Positions 12,587 through 24,800 of a DNA stretch of 32,000 bases are shown one piece after another. A program made the translations under genes and the position numbers. Position 1 is the first letter of the stretch, and the number at the start of each line of letters is the position of its first letter. Below the pieces are notes generated by a model, which was not told where the DNA came from, did no database searches, and saw only the letters and a list, made by a program, of their open reading frames with translations. The DNA is from Zygophlyctis sp. KS116 (taxonomy: Eukaryota > Fungi > Chytridiomycota): assembly GCA_054661495.1 (NCBI GenBank), contig BAAFSQ010000049.1, forward strand, positions 20,850 to 52,849. Direction: 5' to 3'.

Positions 12587-13466
12587 TTACTTTTCCCAAT
12601 ATTCAAAATTTACTCTAATCTTTTTAAATTTAAAAAAAATACACTAGAGGATCAACCTTTTGAAACAGACCCGTAAAATTCTTGTAAAATCCTTTATTAA
12701 ACGGATTCTCTAGTCTATTAGAATATTTTCCTCTAATCTGTTCATGAGTTGTAAGATTTTGTGAAACTAAATAGCAATGATAACTTCCTAAATAAACTAG
12801 AGAACATCCCATTAAAAAAGAGTAAAGTATGATTAAAATGCATTCTAAACGATTTCCAATAGTATTAATATTTGCATCTTGTGGATCTGATAAAACCTGA
12901 ATAAATTCTAAAACTGTACAAATAAAAACAAACCAAGCCATAATTGACGTATTAATTACAAAAAGAAAAAAATATTTGTAATTTCTGTATCCTATACAAT
13001 TCCCAGTCCAAGGACAATGATGATCATGACCTTTTAATTAGAAAGAAAATAAAATACCATAGATACACCTATCACAATTTGAACAATGAAATGTCCTTGG
13101 AGGCCTTATACTTTGACAAGTAAAACAGTATTTACACTCCAAAACCTTTCCATCTACATCTACAACTCTATCCTGCCCAAAATGTGAAGATGAAACAAAC
13201 GGATATTCTTCTGGCAAACTTTGTATTTGACTTGAATCTCCAGACTGTGAATTTTGTGGATGTGAATTTAGAGGAATATATCCTGGATCCATACAGAAAA
13301 CCATGGATAGAGCCAAAAGTGAAATTCCTAGAAAAATAAATGTTGGGATTGCTAAAAATAGGGAAATATTAGGAATAATAAATATAGCAAATATAATGCA
13401 AGGTGTTAGCAAGAGTACAAGAGTCCCTAGTATGCCCATGTAATCAGCCAAACCAACTTTTCTCAT
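12587..13466 (-). CDS. DHHC palmitoyltransferase (Erf2/ZDHHC9-like); intron 13031-13057 and a probable terminal intron near 12620-12644
   Basis: [68 protein letters not shown]. The 3' end is 12630 if the last intron is not spliced. Confidence 0.92.
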
Positions 13467-13733
13467 TTTGATGGGTTTTTATCGGGATATAATTAGTCTT
13501 TAATAATGGGATATAACTAATCACTTTATTGATTTTGATGGGACTCTCTGTCAATCGTCTCATGGGGAAGGTCTAGATGGGCGAGTCTCAAGTCTAGAAT
13601 CAGAGATACAGCGAGAAATTTAGAAAAAATGCAAGATTTGGGTCTAGAACACGTCTAGATCTGGGTCTGGAATTTAGAGAATCGCCGTCAATTGGAAAAA
13701 TGCGATTCTCAAGGCCTCAAATTCTATAGAGAA

Positions 13734-15379
13734 ATGGATTTTTACTCTAAACAAATGCTACCAGTGGATGCCTTTTCAATTCTAGAAAAAATTGGGCAGC
13801 GGAAAAATCCAATTGTAAGTTTTTATATTTAACTTTTTAGATCACTCTAGGCCCTATTGATGCTACTTGCTCTTTTTTGATTTGTGATGCCTCTTTACCA
13901 GACTTGCCAATCACTCATGTCTCAAAAACATTTGAAGAAACGACTGGTTATTCTGCTACGGAAATCATGGGGAAAAATTGCAGGTTCTTACAGTCTCCAG
14001 GTGGACAGGTGGAAAAAGGATCACAAAGGAAATATTCTGATAATAGTATTATTTTTCATATGAAATCTGCTATACTGTCAGGGCAGGAATGTCAATTCTC
14101 CCTGGTAAATTATAGGAAAAATTGTGATCCTTTTATAAATTTAGTGACTATTATTCCTATTTGTTATTTTACTCAAGGGATAATATCACATTATGTAGGA
14201 CTACAGATTGATTTAATAGAACAACCAGATTCTATTCTAGAAAGAATGGGAGATGGGTCTTATTATGTTAATTATCAGAGGAAACCAGCGATAAATTACT
14301 CTTTACAAGATCCTTTGCCTACAATAGAACAAGTACAGGAAGTAGGAGAAGAAATACCATTGTTTTTATCAAGGTTTATAGATAATTGTGGGGATTTTGT
14401 TCATATTCTATCAATTAGAGGACTATTCTTATATACTTCACCAAAATCATTAAAGGATTTACTAGGATATGATTCAATAGAGCTACAAGGAAAGAATATC
14501 TCTGAATTTGTTCATCCCTCAGACTTGGTTTTTGTAATGAGAGAATTAAGATCTGCTTCAGCAAGTGATGCTATAAATATTTTTTGTAGATTTAAGAGAA
14601 AATCTGGAAATTATATTTATTTGGAATTAAGAGGGCATGTATACCAAGGAGAATCTGGAAAAAGAACACGATGTATTGTAATGACTGGAAGAGAAAAGAA
14701 ATTGGGGAAAATTAGTGTTTCTGATATACTTTATCCAGATTTACTAGAGTCTTGGGCTAAAATATCTCCTCAAGGTCTATTTCTATTTAATGACTATGCT
14801 TGTGAAAAAATATTTGGATTAGAGGCAAAATCACTATTTTCAAAGTCTATATTTGATTTTATCTCACAAAAAGATCAGGATAGAGTCAAACATTCTCTTA
14901 AATTTGTAACTAATTCTCCACCGTTTATTGATATTCATGATTTGGATATTGTAGTACAGAATGGTATTGTAAAAGTTCATATTAGAGTCTATAATGATTC
15001 TGAATCTGTACCTAGATATTTATACTGTCAAATCAAAATCTCTATTGATAAATTTGGAAATCATTATTCTGTGTCTAGTAGAACATTGACAGAGTTTGAA
15101 AGTATTTTCAAGGATGGAAATATTTTTGACTTTATGGAAAAGGATGACTCTGCATCCTTTTACTATGAAATCAATCAACTCAAAGTACAAAACAAGAGAC
15201 TTCAGGATCAATTAAACTCTTTTAGCAAGGATAAGGATGAATTTGTACCTTCTTACGCATCAACAGAATCCAGCAGATCACAAACCGAAGACTCTCCCAT
15301 GGATTCTAGTTTTCTATCACATAACCCATACCATAGGCAACAGGATGTGCCTTGTTTACTTAGTAGTCTCTTTGAATAA
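13734..15379 (+). CDS. wc-1: White Collar-1-like blue-light receptor (LOV + PAS + PAS, no GATA finger); intron 13815-13840
   Basis: N-cap RKNPIITLGPIDATCSFLICD, photoactive GKNCRFLQSPGG with the fungal LOV insertion, NYRK, HYVGLQIDLIEQP, PAS-B HPSDLVFVMRELR, post-PAS YYEINQLKVQNKRLQDQL. Confidence 0.92.
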
Positions 15380-15394
15380 ATTTCCTTTTTCGTG

Positions 15395-16627
15395 ATGACT
15401 TCTCGTTCTCCAGCAGTCAAGAGACTCATGAAGGAATTCTCTGAGCTTAGAGAATCACCAAGTCCTGAATTCACTGCTGCTCCATTGGAAGAGAATATGT
15501 TGGAATGGCATTTTACTCTTCGAGGCCCAAGTATTGGCGGTTTCTCTGGAGGAAGATATCATGGAAGACTAATATTCCCACCAGAGTATCCATTTAAGCC
15601 TCCAGATGTTTATTTTCTAACTCAAAGTGGCAGATTTGAAATCAATAAAAAGATTTGTTTATCACTAACTGGATATCATCCAGAGCATTGGAGACCTGCA
15701 TGGGGAGTATCTACAGCACTTATAGCTATTATATCATTCTTTCCTACTCCTGGAGAGGGAGCAGTGGGAGCATTGGATTATTCAGAAGAAGAACGAGCGT
15801 ATTTAGCAAAGGAATCTAGAAAATATACTTGTTCTGTTTGTGGATCAAAGAATTCTGAAGCTCTTCCTGATGAATCTATAGTTCCATCTTCTAAATTAAA
15901 TCTTGTAAAAGGTATAGAGATTGGGAAGCATTCTCCTCCTCAAGTTGGTCAGAAAAATGATTCAGAAAATCTAGGTACAACAGAATCTCAAGGAAAAGTT
16001 GAAGAATCTTCAAGTCTTACAGAATCTAATCCTTTAAAATTAGATACTCTAAAACCCACTCTAGATTCAAGAGATGAAAGTGATTCAACCTCTAAAATTA
16101 CAGAAAATCAACAAGATTTGGAATATTCTCTAGCTTTAAATCTTTTACAGACTCTAATACCTCCTAAATATTTCAAATTCTACAAAAATAAATTGGAACA
16201 AGAGACTGTTACTGTAAATGGTGTAAAAAAGGTTTCTTCTTCTAGAATACAAGAGATTAAAGCAGAAATTCCAAGACTCAAAATTTCTCCTCAAGATTCA
16301 ATTTCTCTAAATAGAGTCAAGACAAGACTTGATTTAATTTTACCATTAACTAGAGAACAGTCTAAATTATATGTTAAAGAATTATTAAGAGAAAAATTAC
16401 TCTTAAATTTCAGTGGTGGAGATGTAGGAGATTTAGAGACTGAATGGTTAAAGAGATATTCAAATCAAGAAATTATTCATTATTTGGAATTAGAAAATTC
16501 CTTTTTAGCAATATCAAAAAATCTAAATTCTGAAATGTCACACAGTAGAACTTTATCAAGTATGGATCTTTGTCTACTAATCCTTGGACTTTTAATTTTT
16601 CTCTTTGCGTTGCAACTCGCGACATAA
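15395..16627 (+). CDS. UBC6: ER tail-anchored ubiquitin-conjugating enzyme (UBE2J1/Ubc6 class)
   Basis: AVKRLMKE, EWHFTLRGP, GRYHGRL, GRFEINKKICLSLTGYHPEHWRPAW (catalytic Cys), C-terminal TM LCLLILGLLIFLFAL. Confidence 0.93.
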   Translation: MTSRSPAVKRLMKEFSELRESPSPEFTAAPLEENMLEWHFTLRGPSIGGFSGGRYHGRLIFPPEYPFKPPDVYFLTQSGRFEINKKICLSLTGYHPEHWRPAWGVSTALIAIISFFPTPGEGAVGALDYSEEERAYLAKESRKYTCSVCGSKNSEALPDESIVPSSKLNLVKGIEIGKHSPPQVGQKNDSENLGTTESQGKVEESSSLTESNPLKLDTLKPTLDSRDESDSTSKITENQQDLEYSLALNLLQTLIPPKYFKFYKNKLEQETVTVNGVKKVSSSRIQEIKAEIPRLKISPQDSISLNRVKTRLDLILPLTREQSKLYVKELLREKLLLNFSGGDVGDLETEWLKRYSNQEIIHYLELENSFLAISKNLNSEMSHSRTLSSMDLCLLILGLLIFLFALQLAT

Positions 16628-16632
16628 TCATC

Positions 16633-19600
16633 ATGCAGTTTTATCAGTCTTTATTGAATTTACAAGAGACTCCTGATAACATAAGACAGGGAGCATTAAA
16701 GGTTTTAGAGGGAGACCAGTCTTTTGAGAGTCTTTTTTCTCCACTAAAGTCTAGTATTTTAACTGAGAATGTAGATTTGGTTTGTATTGGAATTCAAGGC
16801 TCTGCGAATTTATTAATGACTTTTCCTGTTGATGCAGATAAAATTAATGTAATTCTAGACATTATCATTTCTAAAAACGATAAACAATCCAAGATATCTT
16901 CAGTTATAGTCAAAAGTTTGGGAAAAATAGTTTTGGAGTCTGAAAACTTGAATTCAAATTCATTATTAAAGGCTATAAAGGCTATTTATTCAATATTCTT
17001 AACTAGTAATTCTTCTCAAGTACAAGTTCTCGCTCAAAGTACAATTTATAGGATGGTACACAAGGTTTTTAGTACTGCTTCCGCTAAAATGGAAGGTGGT
17101 GCTGGTATAGAATCTGGAGTTTCGTATAGTTTAGAGTCTTTGGTAGAGTCTGAGGGAGATTCACGACAAGAGTCGTTTCAAGATTCCAAAGAGGATAGTG
17201 TTGGAGAGTCTAAAAATGATGTTATAAGGAATGCGTATCTGGTCTTTAGAGCTTTATGCAAATTGAGTATGAAGCCGGTACAAGATGGAACTCTGGATTC
17301 AAAGTCTCAGGCTCTAAGATCAAAATATCTGGCTTTGCATTTAATACAGTCCTTATTAATGGAAAAAAATCATGTATTTTATCTTCCAGCAGGAGTAATT
17401 TAAAATATTAAAACTAATAATAGGTCTTGTTTAATAGATCTTCTCAAGATAAATATAAGAATCAAGGAGAAGAATTGGTGTTTGTTCATTCAATTAAACA
17501 ATACTTGTGTTTAAGTTTATCTAGAAATATTGTGTCTGTGGTTCCTCAGATTTTTGATATTGCAATACAATTATTTATGACAGTTTTGGCAAAATTAAGA
17601 AGTAAACTCAAGGTATTTTTTTGCAAATACAAAATATTTAGAAAGAATTATCGGTTATTTTTACAGAAATTATAATTCCAATCATTGAAGCTAAAAATGC
17701 AGTTACATTTCATCAAAGACATTCTCTTGTAAAAGCTTTTTTTAAATTGTTTTCAGAGGAGGAAGGAGGCAAGATATTAGTAGAAATATACTTGAATTAT
17801 GATTGTGATGTAGAATCAAGTGCTAGAGAAAATATATGGGAAAGATTGATTACTGGCCTTTCAAAAAGTTTATCACAAAGATTTTCATCGGAAAAAGCTC
17901 CCGTTAAAGTTAATCCAGCATCTCCGGTAGTAGCTACATTTTTAGAAAATACAAGTATACCGCAAATAACTTCTGATAATATGTCTTTTCTATCAAAAGA
18001 GCAAGTTCGAGACATTATTACAAATGGAGGTGACTTTATTGATTTGAAAAAATGTATTTTGCAGTTATTGTCTCATGGTATTTTGGATTCTCTAGTAAAA
18101 TGGATAAAAGAACGTTCTAAACCTGAAAGTACGAATCCTGATACTGAAGATGACACTTTTTTATCGCCGACTCTTAGTGTAGCCGATGAACTAAAATCAA
18201 TGGAAAATACGATGGACGATGATCCTTTGGCTTTTGAATCAATGAAACAGAAAAAACTGTTAATGCTTCATGGATTTCAAATATTCAATGTAAACAATAA
18301 AAAAGGTATAAAATTATTGCAAGCATCTGGAAATTTATCTCAAAATTCTGCTGATATTGCAAAATTTTTGTTCTCCACCCCAGGACTTAATAAGAGTATG
18401 ATTGGAGAATATTTGGGAAATGGGTAATTTATACTAAAAATGAATATAATAGCGAACAAGAGTATATTGAAATAATGCATCTTTATGTAGACCTTTTTGA
18501 CTTTGAAGGAAAAAGTTTTGTTGATGCTTTAAGAAACTTTTTGCAATCATTTCGCCTTCCTGGAGAAGCCCAGAAAATTGATCGTTTCATGTTGAAGTTT
18601 GCAGACAGATACTTAAAAACTAATCCAGAAAGCTTTGAAAGCGCGGGTATTTTCATATATATCGATTAATTATAGACACCGCGTACGTTTTAGCGTATTC
18701 AGTGATAATGTTAAATACGGATCTCCATAATAATCAGGTTAAAAACAAAATGACGAAAGAACAATTTGTTAAAAATAATAGGGGGATAGATCAGGGGAAA
18801 GATCTGGAGCAAGAGTGTCTAGAGTCAATTTATGACGTTATTCTTGTTGATGAAATAATTATGAAAGATGAACATTTGTCAGAATCTGTAGAGGAAGCGC
18901 AAAGAGATCCGCTGCGTCATTATGCATTAGCAAGTGAAACTATGGCTCAAAAAACTGAGGCTATTTTGAATACCATTACTAGAACTCCAGAAGATTTTTC
19001 AGGTGAAACAGAATCTGCTGATGATCCTTCGGATAGTCTATTTTATTCGGCAAATCATTACACCCATGTCAAAGCTATGTTTGAAATCATATGGCTTTCA
19101 ATTTTAGCCGGATTAAGCTGGCCTGCGCAGGAGACTGAAGATGTGGAACTGATAGAAATTGCAATGGATGGGTTTAAAAGTTGTATTTCTATCGCTGGGT
19201 TTTTTCAACTTGAATTGGAAATTAAGGCATTTGTATCAACTTTGACCAAATATACTCAATTATACGCCTTTGATGCTAAAGTACCGAAAAATATGACTGC
19301 TATAAAAGCATTATTAGCTGTAGCATATACCGATGGGAATTACTTAAACGAAAACTGGAATGATGTGATTAGATGCGTAAGTCAGTTGGAAAAATTAAAG
19401 TTGATTGGTGATACACCAGATGAGCTGGTAGATAGGTGCGTGTGATTAAAATATTAAACTACAGTAAATTTGAAACAGCTGAAGGACGCAGAGGGTCAAG
19501 AAAACCAAAGAAAAGCATTCCTCAAAACCGACACCTTGAAGAAGTCGCCGCTGAGATCGGATCGCAATTAATGACGGTTCAGGTAGATCGAATTTTTACA

Positions 19601-21737
19601 AACTCAAAAAATCTCTCTGGAAAAGCAATCGTATATTTTGTACGGTATCTTTGTGAGGTTTCATGGGAGGAAATAGAGTCAACTTCTAATAAAGAGCATC
19701 CCAGAATGTACTGTCTGCAGCGGCTTGTTGAAATAAGCTTTTATAACATGGGCCGCATTCGTTTAGAATGGGTTAATATTTGGGCGATTCTTGGCGAACA
19801 TCTTAATCGAGTAGGATGTCATGTCAATTCTAATGTGGGATATTTTGCATTGGATAAGCTACGTCAGCTTGCCATTAATTTTTTGGATCTGGAGGAACTG
19901 GCAACCTATAAATTTCAGAAAGAATTTTTGAAGCCATTTGAAGGAGCAATCGCAAAAAATCCTGATTTGAAAATCAAAGACATGGTGTTGGCTTGCATAC
20001 AGCAACTCATTCAAGCAAAGGGCCAAAAATTGAAGAGTGGCTGGAAATTGATTTTTGCCATTCTAATCAAGGCTGCCAAAGAGCATTACGGTAATTTCAT
20101 TTTAATTTACAATAAGAACCTATTGTGATTCTAGCTTTTGACATCACCAAGATGATTTACAAGAACAGTTTTGAATTTGTTTCCAGCAACGGTTCTTTTC
20201 CTGACTTCTTGGCGTGCTTGGTTGAATTTTGTAGAAACATGAAGTTTGTGAAAATAAGGTACTTCTTAATTTTAGTCTTAAAGAAAGCCTTCATTCGATT
20301 GAGCTCTTTAGGAGTTCAATTGATAAAATCAGCATATATATGGCGTCAGATGAAATGCCGAGATCATTAAACCATAAGGCATCGGAGAACTTGACAGAAT
20401 TAATGCATCAGGGCTTTCTTTCCATAAAGAACGCGACCCAAAACAGCAAGACAACAGAAGATGATCCTAACATTCGCTTTTGGTTTCCTGTTTTTTTCGG
20501 ACTGTATGAGATAGTGATGATATCTGATTTGGAAGTTCGAGCTAGGTGTTTATAATTTCTGCTCATTTTATAGGGCTTTAAATTATCTTTTCGATGCATT
20601 GAAGAAATACGGGAAAACATTTTCTCATGACTTTTGGGGTGTTGTGGCAAAAGGGGCACTATTTCCAATATTTGACGACCTTAGAATCACCGGTAAAGAC
20701 CGTACATCTATTGCATCAAAGGAGGATATATCTGTTTGGTTGTCTACAACCTTGATACAAGCCTTGCGACAACTAATTGATTTATTCACATTTTATTTTA
20801 CAGATATCAATTTCCTTTTAGAGGAAATTTTGGAAATTATTATTATATGCATTACTCAAGAAAGTGAAACTCTTTCAAAACTGGGTTCAATGAGTTTACA
20901 GGAATTGATTGAATCGAATTTGTCGAAATTTTCATTTGAACACTGGGATACGATAACCAATGTTCTAGTAGATCTTCTTGGTCAAACTACACCTCATGAA
21001 TTGTTTTTTGATTTGGAAGAGACTGAAATCAGCACGCCGAAAAATTTGCAAGCGATTACTAAAAGGGGGCCTCGGCCTCAGTCATCAGAGTTTCAAAAGA
21101 TTATTATTAAGTGCATCCTTCACCATTCAGTAATTCAAACCATTGATGAAATCTTACAAAGCGCTGATTGCTCTGTTTTAAACTCATTAGATATCCACCA
21201 TACTCTTAAGTTGGTTGATGCAATTTTCAAAAGCTACCAATTTGCTCAAGAGTTTAACAAAGACACAGATCTTCGGACGACATTACTCAACATGGGATTT
21301 ATGAAGCAGCTACCCAACTTGGTCAAACAAGAAACAAGTAGCATATCTCTATACATTCATGTACTTGGAAGTATCTACTCAAGGGCTCCTGATGCTTCTC
21401 AACAGTCTGAAATCGAATCAAGGCTGATTCCGTAAGATTGTATGAAAGATTAATATATAGGGCCTGTATAACTATATTAGAAGAATATAGCATTCTTGAA
21501 CCAGAAAATAGTAAAAAAAGCCTAAATGCATGGCGCCCAGTGGTATTTAGTATAATATCAGCGGTCAATTCATTTCCTGATTTAGAATTTGAAAAGCATC
21601 TCTCTATATTTTATAAACCAATGGCTGGCATTATTTTACAGGCTCACGATCAGGCCTTTCGCGAGGCATTGAATCTCTTCTTTATGCGATGTGCTGGATC
21701 TATAAATATGAATAGGAATACTTCAATTCCTAATTAA
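16633..21737 (+). CDS. SEC7: Large Arf-GEF Sec7/BIG, copy A; introns 17395-17423, 17613-17641, 18424-18452, 18647-18675, 19436-19464, 20091-20116, 20259-20287, 20546-20573, 21432-21460
   Basis: DCB region, HUS box YLNYDCD, Sec7 [12 protein letters not shown] and [45 protein letters not shown]. Confidence 0.95.
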
Positions 21738-21844
21738 TTCATAGATATATAATCACATTTTGACCCGTTATTTGGATTATAGTTTCAAGAATAGAATAAA
21801 TATTATCATGACGTAAGCATTGTTTATATTATTTATATATTTAC

Positions 21845-24800
21845 ATGGGCAAACCAGGATCAGATAATATTTTCTCTCGAATGTTCAAAGAGCCTCTAAA
21901 GAAGGAATCGACGTTTTCATCATTAACAGACTCTAGCGATGTATTTATCAGAGTTGCGTTGGAATTGTTGTTAAATGCACCTCCCACCAAGAGGAATGAC
22001 GGTCTGAAAGCAGCTATCACCGCTTCATTTCAAGCTCTTGACTCTCTGCCAAAAGACTCTCAGACTATGATGGCAGTATTTTCTCCATTTCAAATTGCTT
22101 GCCAATCGAAAAACTCTGAAATGGTTTCTATTGCTATTGATTGTTTGGGAAAATTATTCACTTACAACTTTTGGGGACAATACAATTTAGAAGGTCTATC
22201 AGATCTTACAAAGATTTCAACGGTTACGATTGATCAAGATGATATAGCCGGTATAGATGACGGAGATATGTCCGGAACTGCAGGAATGATATCATTTGTG
22301 ATTGACACGATTGCGAGTAGTTACTCTAATGTCGATGAAAGGGTAGAATTACAGATAGTAAAGGTATGGAAATTAAAGGCTAATTTAGAGGCTTTACAAG
22401 CAGCAGTTTCAACATCAGATCCAGCATTTTGCTTGCATGGTAGTGTTCTGATAAAAGCTATTAGAACAACTTATAACATTTTTTTAGTTTCAAATTCTAC
22501 AAATGTTCAAGCAGTGGCTCAAGGTGCGCTGACTCAAATGGTGCAGTATGTATATGGTAGAATTCCTAAAGTTTCAAACGTTCCAAGTAATGGAGATGGG
22601 TAAATAATATTTCTAATTTCTAGATCTAATGTAACAAGTCCCAGGTCACAGAATGATCGTCATTTAAAGGATGCATATCAAGTATTGTATACTTTGGGGA
22701 AATTATCTACTCGTACAGTGCCAATGCCAGAAGGGACGATGGATCTGCGTTCTCAAGGGATGCGCTCAAAGCTTTTGGCATTGCATTTGATTTTAACAAT
22801 TTTATCGGCGCATCATTATGTCTTTTTAACGCCATGTAGCAATATATTCAATCAGAACGGCTCAACAGATTCATCAGTTTTTATTGATTATGCCAAAGAG
22901 CATTTGTGTTTGTCTATTTCCAGAAATGCCATCAGTGTAGTCCCCCCAGTTCAAGAGGTTACAATTGACATTTTTGGTAAACTAATGATACATTTGTGGC
23001 CTTTTCTTAAAAAGGAAATATCAGTGATTTTCACAGAAATTGTACTTCCGGTTATAGAAGCAAAAAAGCAATTTTCATTTTTTCAAAGAATAACAATGAT
23101 AAAAGGATTGAAAAGATTGCTATCTGATCCGAAAATTAATGGAGGAAAAATGTTGGTGGAATTATACCTGAATTATGATTGTGACGTGGAATCCGGAGCA
23201 CGAGAGAATATATGGGAGCATTTGGCCTCTGCACTGGCCAAGGCTATTTCGCAGCACGGAGAAACTAATGGGAGCTCAAACTATTTTGGCATATCCTCTT
23301 TCAGTCATGTTTCAGGTGCGAGGGATCTAACACCAGAAATGACTACATCAAATTTGACGAATTTCACTCGAGAGCAAGTGAGAGATTTGTATTCACTTAC
23401 CGGAAACATCGATGAATTCAGAAAATGTGGAACTGATCTGATTGTTAATGGAATTTTGAAGCCTCTCACAATCTACTGTCAGGATCGGATAAAAATCCAA
23501 ACTACACCCGCTGAAATTGATACAATGGCTGCTGCTAATTCTAATGAAGCTTTAAATGAAATCGATAAAAAGAGTGGGAAAGAAGTATCTGATGACCCAG
23601 CAGCTTTTGAAGAATTTAAAATTCGTAAAAAGGCTCTCATTGAAGGAATAAAGCAGTTTAATAGTAAGCCCAAAAAGGTGCAGTTCTTATCATTAAATTT
23701 TAAGGGAATTCAGCATCTTATTGAAACTGGATGTATTCCACAAAATACCCCCGAAGAAATCGCCAAGTTCTTGCTTAAGACCAATGGTCTTGATAAGGCT
23801 GGAATTGGGGAATATCTGGGAGAAGGGTAAGCACATATTTATGACTGCTTAGGGACGAATTTAATATAACTGTGATGCATGCATTTGTGGACCTGATGAA
23901 TTTTACTGGAATGAAATTTATAGATGCATTAAGATACTTCTTGCAAGCATTTAGGCTTCCAGGAGAGGCTCAGAAAATAGATCGATTCATGTTGAAATTT
24001 GCAAATATATATTTAAAATATTCTCCTGATTCATTTAGCTCTGCAGGTAGGATTTTAAATGTTTTTCTTAATTATTAGATACAGCCTATGTCCTCGCATA
24101 CTCAACAATAATGTTAAATACCGATCAGCATAATGCACAAGTAAAAAAGCGCATGACAAAACAGGACTTCCTGAAAAACAATAGAGGGATAGACGAGGGA
24201 AAAGATTTGTCCGCTGAGTTGTTGGAATCAATATTTGATGAAATACAGTCAAATGAAATCGTGATGAAAAATGAAATGGCAATAGAGAAGACAAATAATA
24301 TTGAAACGGATACTAAAAATGTCGTACAGTACTTTGTTACTGCAACCGAAAGTATGGCTCAAAAAAGTGAAGCTTTATTGAAGACTATGACAGCACGTAA
24401 AGGATCCAATTTCATAGTTGCAAATCACTATAAGCATGTTAAACCAATTTTCGAATTAGTTTGGATGTCATTATTGACCGCTTTAAGCTCTGTCATCCAG
24501 GCGATTGACGATAAAGGGACTAGAGCAGTTGCCCTTGATGGTTTCAAGTTTTGCTTATATATTTCTAGCACATTTGACATGGATTTGGAAAGGAAAACAT
24601 TTATAACCACGCTTTGTAAGTTCACGTCTCTATCAAATTTTGAATCTATCAAGCAAAAGAATATTGAAATCATAAAGGCGCTACTGGAGGTAGTATACAG
24701 TGAGGGGACTTCATTTAGAGATGATTGGAAGGATATAGTTATATGCATTAACAATCTTGATAAACTTCAAACTGCTAGTCAAAATAATAGTGTAATTGGA

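Noticed and set aside
13522-13551. HAD-like motif HFIDFDGTLC in an intergenic frame
   Set aside because: No in-frame ATG, bounded by stops within about 40 codons and no further HAD motifs; probably chance
16570-16632. Upstream TTG start for SEC7a or a UBC6-SEC7 fusion
   Set aside because: Non-ATG start overlapping the UBC6 tail anchor. UBC6 has a clean TM-then-stop end and no convincing joining intron.
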